Origin: Candidatus Bathyarchaeia archaeon
GTDB taxonomy: Archaea; Thermoproteota; Bathyarchaeia; 40CM-2-53-6
Reading direction: 5' to 3'
DNA: 64,000 nucleotides
Assembly (NCBI GenBank): GCA_049513715.1
Contig: JBEKVV010000003.1
Location: 224,001 to 288,000, forward strand
The notes under the pieces are model-generated. The model ran no database searches. It saw nothing but the letters and a program-made list of their open reading frames with translations, and was not told the origin of the DNA. The translations under genes and the position numbers were made by a program. This document shows positions 56,133-64,000 of the stretch, one piece after another (the first letter of the stretch is position 1; the number at the start of each line of letters is the position of its first letter).

Positions 56133-56927
56133 TTGCGTATACTCAGTTTGCTAACCGATTTCGGCTTGGCAGACCCATTCGTAGCAGAAATGAAAGCGGT
56201 CATTCTAGGCATATGCCCTGAGGTGAGAATTGTCGACATCAGCCATCAAGTCGACAAGTTCAATGTTAGAATGGGTTCATTTCTACTGGCCAGCGCAGCG
56301 CCACATTTCCCAAGTGGAACAATACACGTAGCGGTCGTGGACCCCGGTGTGGGCGGCAATCGTCGCCCAATCCTTGTTGACGGGCAGCGAAGCCTATTTG
56401 TCGGCCCCGACAACGGGTTGCTGATACCCGCAGCCCAATCTGAAGGCATTCTCCACGTCTATGAACTAACAAATAGAACCCTCATGAGTGCTGACGTTTC
56501 GGCGACATTTCACGGCCGGGACGTTTTCGCTCCTGTTGCAGCACATGTGGCGTGCGGAACTGCACCGAAGGATTGTGGGGAAGAGATTTCGGATTATGTG
56601 AAAGCAGCGTTTACTGAGCCTAAGGTCGAACGCGGACGGGCGATTGCCGAGGTCATCTACGTTGACGGATTCGGAAACATTGTGACGAATCTGAAGCCTG
56701 AGCACATCACGAAACTGAACTTAGCCTTTGGTGAACGGATTGCCGTTACCATTGGTAGGCGCAGGATCTCCTGCCGATATGTCAGAACCTATTCGGACCT
56801 AATTGGAAGAGAGTTGGGTTTTCTTGTTAGTAGCCATGGGTTCGTTGAAGTTGTTTGCCTAAAGGGAAATGCCGCAAAGAGGGTTGGCGCTAGAAGTGGG
56901 GTTGGTGTTCGCGTTGTTGGTGCTTAG
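56133..56927 (+). CDS. SAM hydroxide adenosyltransferase (DUF62)
   Basis: LLTDFG, VVDPGVG, GPDNG, TFHGRDVF and VDGFGN. Confidence 0.94.
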   Translation: MRILSLLTDFGLADPFVAEMKAVILGICPEVRIVDISHQVDKFNVRMGSFLLASAAPHFPSGTIHVAVVDPGVGGNRRPILVDGQRSLFVGPDNGLLIPAAQSEGILHVYELTNRTLMSADVSATFHGRDVFAPVAAHVACGTAPKDCGEEISDYVKAAFTEPKVERGRAIAEVIYVDGFGNIVTNLKPEHITKLNLAFGERIAVTIGRRRISCRYVRTYSDLIGRELGFLVSSHGFVEVVCLKGNAAKRVGARSGVGVRVVGA

Positions 56928-57456
56928 GTTCGTCGCTCAAGGCAAGCTCCCGCAGTCGCTCGTCACCAAATATGCTCTTGATGTAAGCCGCTGTGGAGGG
57001 TGGAACAAGTTGCTCCCAACTCTTGCCTTGGACGACACGTTCTCGAATTTCCGTGGCAGAATAGGTTTCACGATCAAAGAATGGAATGGGTTCCACTCTG
57101 AACCCGGCCTCCTTAAACAACCTAGTCGTAACAGGCTCATTCGAGAACACGACCTCGAATCTCGGCGTCTGTGAGACTAGATGTGAGACCCATAAGTCGT
57201 GAATCCTTAGGTCGCGGATTGGTATGAGGTAGTATTTCGATGCGTCTATTTTCGCTTCGTCTAGCGCCAAGCGAATCATTGTAATTCGCTCGCCAGCGGT
57301 GAAGGGGTTGTGTAGGGTATGGCTGAACTGAGCACTCCCAATTGCAATGATGACCTCCGAGATTTTCTCGAGAATATGTTGAGTAGAATGCAGATGGCCT
57401 AAGTGAAAGGGCTGATAGCGCCCAATCATTAAGCCACGGTGCTTGTTTCGGTCCAA
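56890..57456 (-). CDS. nadM: Nicotinamide-nucleotide adenylyltransferase
   Basis: GRYQPFHLGH, GSAQ.SH...NPFTAGER and SATEIR. Confidence 0.95.
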   Translation of the reverse strand: MDRNKHRGLMIGRYQPFHLGHLHSTQHILEKISEVIIAIGSAQFSHTLHNPFTAGERITMIRLALDEAKIDASKYYLIPIRDLRIHDLWVSHLVSQTPRFEVVFSNEPVTTRLFKEAGFRVEPIPFFDRETYSATEIRERVVQGKSWEQLVPPSTAAYIKSIFGDERLRELALSDEPKHQQREHQPHF

Positions 57457-57623
57457 AGGAGGATACCCTGAACGTGCCTTCTCGTTGCGAGGGCTTTGTT
57501 AAGCCCACTATTAAGTGGCGTCCACGACCGCCGTTGAATGTTGGCTAGGCCTTGGCAAATCCTGGGACCGCAATGCCCTATTCTACAACTGCAGTTTGCT
57601 ATACCGTTTCTTTCGGGACTGCA

Positions 57624-58193
57624 TTAGCTGGGAACCCACAGAGAAGTCGTTGAGACTTTCTTCCCTTGAAACTCGACGCCTTCATGTTCTAGAAGCCGGT
57701 GTTTCATGTAAGCTCCCTCTGAGGGCTTTCGGCCGGGCATTCCATAGTTTAAGATCTCGAGAGTGGACGTGACAACCCGGTGGCAGGGAATGACTAGTGA
57801 GAACGGGTTCGTGGCAACCGCGGTGCCAATTGCCCGAGCGGCTTGAGGCCTGCCCAGCTTCTTCGCCAGCGCTCCATACGTCGTGACCTTTCCCCGTGGG
57901 ATTTGATGGAGAAGGAGATACACCATTTTCCGGAAATCTGAAACATTTGAAAAGTTCACTGAATCCAGTCCGACGCTGCCTTCACCCCTGTATAGCTTGT
58001 AGAGTTGCTCAAGCTGGGATAGGTTCGGTGAGCTTTCTCTTGTGATGCCGGTCTTCGGGAATGAACTGCTTACAGCTTTTTCTGCCTTGGCTTGGCTCTC
58101 GTCTGAAAAGGCGCAGGCAACTAATCGATTGTTCTCGTTCAATGCAGCGGCGAACCAGACGCCATCGAACTCATGGGATGAAACGCGAAACAA
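57624..58193 (-). CDS. ogt: O6-methylguanine-DNA methyltransferase
   Basis: IPRGKVTTYG, ARAIG and IPCHRVV active site. Confidence 0.94.
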   Translation of the reverse strand: MFRVSSHEFDGVWFAAALNENNRLVACAFSDESQAKAEKAVSSSFPKTGITRESSPNLSQLEQLYKLYRGEGSVGLDSVNFSNVSDFRKMVYLLLHQIPRGKVTTYGALAKKLGRPQAARAIGTAVATNPFSLVIPCHRVVTSTLEILNYGMPGRKPSEGAYMKHRLLEHEGVEFQGKKVSTTSLWVPS

Positions 58194-58323
58194 GTTTACC
58201 CAAAACCAATATACTTTGAGATGGTTACCGATAATAAAGTCTAAGGTATGAAAGGGGCGCGCGGCTGCATTAGTTTCATATGCCTCTCTGGCTGATTAGA
58301 TTGACCTGTAATTCCGTGTTGTT

Positions 58324-59652
58324 TTGGTGGACTTGAGCTCGCTGCAAGACCTCGAATGGATTCAGAGGCGCACTGGTCTAGACCCGGTTAAAAATGCTGA
58401 GAGCCTAGCATTCATTCAGACCACTTCATCAACAATGTGTATGGAGTGCCGCGGTGGCCGCATGCTCTGCGGTAAAAGCAGCTGCCCAATCCTTGCGAAA
58501 GCGAAATCTCTTGTAACTCACCTTCCAGACCTACGTTCAGACCAGATTGACGGGTCCAGCCCGCCCGGCGCCTTCGTTGGGCATATTGGGTACCCGAAGG
58601 TGTACTTGGGCCCGCTGATTCCGGCAACGAAAGGGGATACGCAAATCCTAGACATGCCTGAACTCTGGCTTGGAAAGAGCATTCAGACCATTATTGATTA
58701 TAGGTTCAGTTTGATTCGCGGAAAATCATTAGTTGAGGTTCATGACGCCGCTGACCCATCCAAATACTTACTCGATATCCACGACCTTGCGCTGTCTTCC
58801 GCCTCGGTAGATGTGGATGCCAAGTTCAGAAAGAAGCCTCGAATGGCTGTGTCGCTAAGTGAGGACACCCAGCCCTTCGGCCCCTCCGCACTGATCGAGA
58901 ATATGCGAATCTCCCCCAGCACTGGGGAGCGCAAGATTGAGGCTGTGTACTATGATGCGGATGAGTTGGCTGCGGATGGAATGTACGACATGTACCATGA
59001 TGGGGTGGAGGTATCGCGGATTCAACGCATCCTCAGCCTAGGCATGCTCGGAGTCCAAGACCAACGAAAAATCGTCCCGACACGTTGGAGCATCACAGCC
59101 GTAGATGATACCCTGTCGAAGCATCTCTTGGAATCTGTAAGGCGATACCCGCCAATAGACAAGTTCCAAGTGTACAAATACCACTATCTTGACAACGTTT
59201 ACGTTGCGATCCTCTCACCGCGGAACTGGGAGTACGAATGCATCGAGGCATGGTTCCCCGGAACAACCTGGAACGAAACCGGAACCATACCAGCCATGAT
59301 GGGCGATCATGAACCCTACGAGGGCCGAACCAAATATGCGTCCATTGGCGGATGCTACTACTCAACAAGGTTGGCTGTTAACGAGGCGCTTCAAAAAATG
59401 CAACGACAAGCGGCCGCTCTGGTCCTCCGCGAGATCAGACCTGGTTACATTTTGCCGGTGGGCGTTTGGAACGTAAGAGAGAGTGTCCGCGCAGCATTCA
59501 GGATGAAGCCATCGGTTTTTGACACATTCGAGCAGGCGTTTCAATTCTCGTGTAAGGAATTTCTGATACGGCCGGAGACCTGGGCCAAGAACAGTAGGCT
59601 GATCCGAAACGAGATGTATCAGCGTCGGTTAAGCCAGTATTTCACTAACTGA
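58324..59652 (+). CDS. nreA: Nre-family DNA repair protein
   Basis: CMECRG...CG...CP, GSSPP, VPTRWSITAVD, PVGVWNVRE and C-terminal PIP box QRRLSQYF. Confidence 0.93.
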   Translation: MVDLSSLQDLEWIQRRTGLDPVKNAESLAFIQTTSSTMCMECRGGRMLCGKSSCPILAKAKSLVTHLPDLRSDQIDGSSPPGAFVGHIGYPKVYLGPLIPATKGDTQILDMPELWLGKSIQTIIDYRFSLIRGKSLVEVHDAADPSKYLLDIHDLALSSASVDVDAKFRKKPRMAVSLSEDTQPFGPSALIENMRISPSTGERKIEAVYYDADELAADGMYDMYHDGVEVSRIQRILSLGMLGVQDQRKIVPTRWSITAVDDTLSKHLLESVRRYPPIDKFQVYKYHYLDNVYVAILSPRNWEYECIEAWFPGTTWNETGTIPAMMGDHEPYEGRTKYASIGGCYYSTRLAVNEALQKMQRQAAALVLREIRPGYILPVGVWNVRESVRAAFRMKPSVFDTFEQAFQFSCKEFLIRPETWAKNSRLIRNEMYQRRLSQYFTN

Positions 59653-59685
59653 AACTCGCACAGCGCGGGCCAATGCACGTATCAG

Positions 59686-60126
59686 TCAGAGAGACCCAAC
59701 GTACGCGTAGAGCTTAGTAACACCGATCTCCTTTAGTGTAGTGAATCTGCAGTAGCCGTCAAGAACTTGCATGTCCTCTTTTCTTAAGATAATTGGCCAT
59801 ATGACGATTCCATATTTCTCGATGGACTTTCGCATCTCCATCCTACGCTGCTTGAGCCGTTCGGGGAAGTTATAACCTGTCTTTGGATTAACGAAATTCA
59901 TCATTGTGGGATCCGTTTTGGGTTCGTCAATGCGCACGATTTCCAGTTTCCACTTTCGTTGATGCAGGGTCGACAGCCAAGGTTCTCTCGCCGGGTCGTC
60001 GGGCATGTCCCTAATGTCCTGTTCCCACTCCCTTCGAACCTGAGTGGTGATGAATTCACGAATTGCTTCAGGGTTCTCGATGACCCAGTAGGCAATTCCA
60101 TTAAGGGAACGAACTGGCGTGTTCAA
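59686..60126 (-). CDS. Hypothetical protein with ParB/Srx-like motif
   Basis: SIEKYGIVIWPIIL.....VLDGYCRFTTLKEIG is a variant of the DGxxR motif. Confidence 0.55.
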   Translation of the reverse strand: MNTPVRSLNGIAYWVIENPEAIREFITTQVRREWEQDIRDMPDDPAREPWLSTLHQRKWKLEIVRIDEPKTDPTMMNFVNPKTGYNFPERLKQRRMEMRKSIEKYGIVIWPIILRKEDMQVLDGYCRFTTLKEIGVTKLYAYVGSL

Positions 60127-60150
60127 TTACATGATCCCGCAGAATAGTGG

Positions 60151-60780
60151 CTACCAATTGTTCTCGTGGATGAAATTCTCAATTGGTGACCGTTTGGGTT
60201 CACTGAACCTGCCGATAGGATAGCCAATGTAAACAAGAATCCCCGGTTTCACATATTCCGGTAGATGGAGAACTTCTTTCAGTTCGGCCATTTGGAATAG
60301 AGGGAAAATGGAGACGGCTGTGCCCAGGCCGAGAGCTCTGGCGGCTAGGAGGAGGTTTTGAACGGCGGGAAAGACGGAGGCCCAGTTTGACTGCTCCTCC
60401 AACCACGCCCATTCATCGGAAAGCCGTTTCGCGCGCTTCGCGTTCAAACAGGCCAATATTAACACGGGAACATTATCCGTGTTCAATGCCAGCCATGCAA
60501 CTGGATTGCCAGGGTCAAGGAATTCGGCAACTGCCTCCTTGGGAATCCGTAGGTTCGATTTGGCATAAACTTCAAGCCCCTTCACAGTTAGGTTTCGAAG
60601 CTGTTGTTTGATGAGGTGGTCTTTGACCACGATGAACTCCCAAGGTTGTGAGTTTCCACCCGAAGGCGCCTTGCCAGCCGCCTCCAATATCGTTTGAACC
60701 TTCTCAGGTTCCACGGGGTCAGGTTTGAGCCGCCGCATGCTTCGCAGGGTTTTGATAGCTTCCAATGTGGAGATTTCCAT
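60151..60780 (-). CDS. Nitroreductase family protein
   Basis: RSMRR, APSGGNSQPWEF and QNLLLAARALGLG. Confidence 0.93.
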   Translation of the reverse strand: MEISTLEAIKTLRSMRRLKPDPVEPEKVQTILEAAGKAPSGGNSQPWEFIVVKDHLIKQQLRNLTVKGLEVYAKSNLRIPKEAVAEFLDPGNPVAWLALNTDNVPVLILACLNAKRAKRLSDEWAWLEEQSNWASVFPAVQNLLLAARALGLGTAVSIFPLFQMAELKEVLHLPEYVKPGILVYIGYPIGRFSEPKRSPIENFIHENNW

Positions 60781-60906
60781 CTTTCAACCGACCGAGTACA
60801 GGTAGAGCTTGGGAAACGGTCTCGTTGACCTTATGATTTGTGCACATGGGACCTGAAAAGCGAGGAGATCCGATTATGCGGCCTAGGTTAGATGACCTGG
60901 AAGTTC

Positions 60907-62010
60907 TTATGAAATGGTGTACTTCGCTACGACCTCGTCTTTCAAGGTCACGCCGAGGCCGGGGGTGTCGTTCGGTTTGACTTTCGAGCCTTCCCACGCA
61001 AGGCCATCCACCACGTCTTCTAGGATGAATTCGGTTGGTGGTGCAACATCCAAGTACTTCAGCCCTGGGCAGGCGGTTGCAAGGTGAATGCTGGCCGCGG
61101 CGCTGATTCCGGTCTCCACAGTGCTCCCAATCATACAGGGGACGCCCGCGGTCTGGAGAACCTTAGCGATTTGCATTGCTCGGTGAAGCCCGCCGCTTTT
61201 GAGGTGCTTGATGTTGACCATATCTGCGGCTTTCAGGTGAATGACGGCGGAGGCATCGGACGGAGACCAAACGGCTTCATCGGCCATGATTGGGGCGTCT
61301 ACTGCAATCGCGATCCTCGCCAAACCTACCCTATCATCCCACGGGACTGGTTGTTCGCATGCGGCGAAGTCGCTGCCGAACTCAAGGAGTATTTTGATGG
61401 ATTCCTCAACTATCCAAGCTTGATTCGGGTCAATGATGAGTTCCATGTTCGGCCCAATGATTCGCCTTACCGCTGCGATGCGCTCCATGTCAGAAGGCCA
61501 GTTTCGCGCGACTTTGATCTTGTAACTGGTGCACCCACCGTGTACATGACGCTCAGCTTCTTCCGAAGCGTCCCGGACGGAACCGAGGTCACTAAAACCA
61601 AGGCTCGTAAGGGCTTCCCTCTGTTTCTGGCCAAGAATCGAATGAACCGGAACACCCTTCAACTTGCCCAATGCGTCATGGGCGGCAATATCAATTCCGG
61701 CCTTCGCTGAAGGGTTGGAAATCAACACCTCATCCATACGCACACAAATCCTATCCATATCAACGGCCTCCGAGAATTCATAGCCCGTCAGCGCGGGTGC
61801 CAAGTAGTCTCGAATTACTGCTAGGACGGAGGCTTGTGTTTCTCCAGTTATGTGGGGTTTGGGATCGCACTCCCCGATTCCGACAATGTCGCTATCAGTG
61901 TGTAACTTGACCAAGACGGGTCGAGTGTCTTTCTGGATAGCTCTAGAAGTGGCAAACGGAATTCTAAGTGGTATTTTTAGCGGAATGATTTCAACGCGAG
62001 TGATCTTCAA
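60907..62010 (-). CDS. Enolase superfamily, MLE subgroup (dipeptide epimerase-like)
   Basis: GIGE, KIK, DPNQ, EQP, ADE and NIKHLKSGG. Confidence 0.9.
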   Translation of the reverse strand: MKITRVEIIPLKIPLRIPFATSRAIQKDTRPVLVKLHTDSDIVGIGECDPKPHITGETQASVLAVIRDYLAPALTGYEFSEAVDMDRICVRMDEVLISNPSAKAGIDIAAHDALGKLKGVPVHSILGQKQREALTSLGFSDLGSVRDASEEAERHVHGGCTSYKIKVARNWPSDMERIAAVRRIIGPNMELIIDPNQAWIVEESIKILLEFGSDFAACEQPVPWDDRVGLARIAIAVDAPIMADEAVWSPSDASAVIHLKAADMVNIKHLKSGGLHRAMQIAKVLQTAGVPCMIGSTVETGISAAASIHLATACPGLKYLDVAPPTEFILEDVVDGLAWEGSKVKPNDTPGLGVTLKDEVVAKYTIS

Positions 62011-62181
62011 ATCTTCGGACGCCCAATATGTCCTGACATTTGCTCAGTATATCTAATATGGTGTCGCATCTACTGCGGCCGAGGATTTCATGCGTCGCAA
62101 TTTTCGCTACAGTGGTCATCATTTTGCGTTGCAGTTTCGTGCTCTTAAGGCCAAACAATTCTCGAGCTACGAGAAAGGTAA

Positions 62182-63201
62182 TCAGTGGATTGTTCTAATT
62201 CTCAAACCGCCTTCAGAGAACCTGTACTGCAGAATTGCTCCGCCTTGCTTGGTGATCGCGTCCTCAACCTGGCGCCTCTTTCCATCTCGCACCAAAACCA
62301 TAATTGACCCCCCTCCTGCAGCACCGCAGCCTTTCGCAGCTGAACCCCCAGCTTTCAGGGCTTGTGCGATTATTCGTTTCATTTTCGCTGTTTCAATTTT
62401 GGGGGACAGTCGTCGTCTGTTATGCCACTCAAGGTTGAGCAATCGTGAAACTTCTTCCATGTCTTCGTCACGAAGTGCGTCCAGCATTTTCAGTGCGATG
62501 TTCTTGATGGACCCTAGTGCTTTGATTGCGGAGCGGTCGCGTTCAATGTAGTTTCTGAAGATGTGCCAGTTGGTCATGGAAGACGAACGAGATTCGCCAA
62601 CATAGGTTAGAACCAAGTTCTCCTCCAATTCTGATTTGAACATGTTCGATAGGCTGAGTTTCTCCACGTAGAGCCCTTGAGGTTTGAACCACAGAGCCTT
62701 GACGCCACCATATGCGGCTGCAAGGTGGTCTTGTTGGCCTGTGGGGTTCATGATCGTTTGAACCTCCGAGTTGAAGGCGAGTTCGACGAGGCCCATCAGA
62801 GAGCGCTTGCGGCCAAGGAGCTTGCTCAAAGCTCCAACCGTAGCGACGGCTAGGGCTGATGACCCACCCAGCCCAGAGCCTAGAGGGGCCTTGCAGGATG
62901 TTTCCAGGTTGAGGCCCACCTGAGGTTGAAAGTTTCTTACAACGTTCTTCAGGAGAGCCAGCGGCCCTGATTGTGTGAGGTTCTCAGAGTTTGAGTATGA
63001 CTCGGTGACGTTGAGGTCTTTGGATCTGATTACGATTCTCTTGTCTTTTCTTTTCCATGCTCGTGCGGTTGCGTTGAGGTTTATGGAAGCGTTGATGGTC
63101 AACCCGAACCCTTGAAATAAGTTCAATGGAAATATGTCCAGGGTTCCGCCGGCCAGGTCCATTCTGGTCGGGGCAACTGCCTCGACTCCCAACGAGCTCA
63201 A
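62182..63201 (-). CDS. GHMP-family sugar kinase (HddA-like)
   Basis: APTRMDLAGGTLD, PLGSGLGGSSA, GQQD and KGCGAAGGG. Confidence 0.9.
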   Translation of the reverse strand: MSSLGVEAVAPTRMDLAGGTLDIFPLNLFQGFGLTINASINLNATARAWKRKDKRIVIRSKDLNVTESYSNSENLTQSGPLALLKNVVRNFQPQVGLNLETSCKAPLGSGLGGSSALAVATVGALSKLLGRKRSLMGLVELAFNSEVQTIMNPTGQQDHLAAAYGGVKALWFKPQGLYVEKLSLSNMFKSELEENLVLTYVGESRSSSMTNWHIFRNYIERDRSAIKALGSIKNIALKMLDALRDEDMEEVSRLLNLEWHNRRRLSPKIETAKMKRIIAQALKAGGSAAKGCGAAGGGSIMVLVRDGKRRQVEDAITKQGGAILQYRFSEGGLRIRTIH

Positions 63202-63695
63202 CTCCTAACCTGTTCCCCCTTCTATTGCCCGAGGTTCTTACAATGTTCGATGAAATGTGGATGGAGCTTGGGTTTTGCGTTTGGCCGCGTTTGTGCCAGG
63301 GTCCGGGTGCAGGTTTATATGTGTGGGAGTGTGCTACACAACTACATAATGGAGATGTGCGAATGAGTCTGTCAAAACACCAAGTCGAGAAGCATTTGCC
63401 GCTACTAATTGCCATCTTGTACGTTGCCTCAGGCGATTACCTATCGCTAGTCAGACAGCTTAGACTGATAGTCTGAGACACGGACTCATTCAACTTTTAG
63501 ACATCTGAGTCACACAGACGAACAAGTTCATCGCACCCGAGCAAGTAAAAGCTCCAAAGGCACGTCAACTTACCTCAATTCCGCCTCAATCTCGCTAATG
63601 CGTCTGCCAGCATACGAGCTATTCAATACCCACATGTCTATTTCGATTCAACGTCATCATTAAGTCATCAACAGTGAATCAGTGTTGGAATAGTC

Positions 63696-64000
63696 TTGCG
63701 TGAAGTTGAAATCAACAACCTGACTTTCGTCTATGAAAACCGAAAAGACCCAGCTCTTGAACAGATCAACCTAACTGTGGACAGTCAAGAATTTGTGCTC
63801 CTAGCGGGCGCAAGCGGATCGGGCAAATCCACTCTCCTGAAATGCATCAACGGGTTAATTCCACACCGTTACGTAGGTGATTACTCGGGAGAAGTCAAGG
63901 TCAGAGGCCAACCTATTTCCAGCAGTCGATTCCTCGACCTCTCGCTTGTCGTCGGAACGGTATTGCAGGAATCAGACAAGCAATTCGTTTCCTCTATCGT
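63696..64000 (+). CDS. ECF/ABC transporter ATPase, 3'-partial
   Basis: Translated by hand from TTG 63696: MREVEINNLTFVY...GASGSGKSTLLKCINGLIPH...VGTVLQ. Runs off the window end. Confidence 0.88.
   Translation, partial: MREVEINNLTFVYENRKDPALEQINLTVDSQEFVLLAGASGSGKSTLLKCINGLIPHRYVGDYSGEVKVRGQPISSSRFLDLSLVVGTVLQESDKQFVSSI

Noticed and set aside
56890..56927. 38-nt convergent overlap of the DUF62 gene and nadM
   Set aside because: Short 3' overlaps are common in compact archaeal genomes, and nothing suggests a special function.
1..64000. CRISPR arrays, IS elements, integrases, rRNA/tRNA genes, defence systems
   Set aside because: I saw no regularly spaced repeats, transposase or recombinase motifs, or structural RNA signatures.

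Overview
Gene-dense 64 kb chromosomal segment of a TACK-group archaeon, most likely Bathyarchaeia. The taxonomy is inferred from the gene set (aCPSF1-psmB, SmAP-L37e, NreA, multi-OB RPA, SepF, arcadin-1-like protein, HdrABC-MvhADG) and frequent TTG starts. I found no rRNA, tRNA, CRISPR array or transposase. Main blocks: (1) 0-14 kb accessory region with a GT4/HAD-phosphatase pair, MarR, two convergent amtB paralogues without glnK, and NiCoT-NikR; (2) hdrCBA-mvhDGA-protease operon; (3) two-subunit fumarase and a 9-gene operon joining a Rieske/split cytochrome b complex, two unknown membrane proteins and sdhCDAB; (4) tandem Clp-fold protease/pseudoprotease pair and trpB2; (5) housekeeping and DNA-repair genes. 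The most notable signals read directly from the DNA are: a 29-bp palindrome CTTAA-N4-TTAATGATTAA-N4-TTAAG upstream of both amtB loci and marR; a perfectly identical 71-bp inverted repeat inside the two otherwise diverged amtB genes; and several conserved genes that appear to need near-cognate start codons (ACG, ATC, CTG). All product calls come from motif recognition by eye; no database searches were run.
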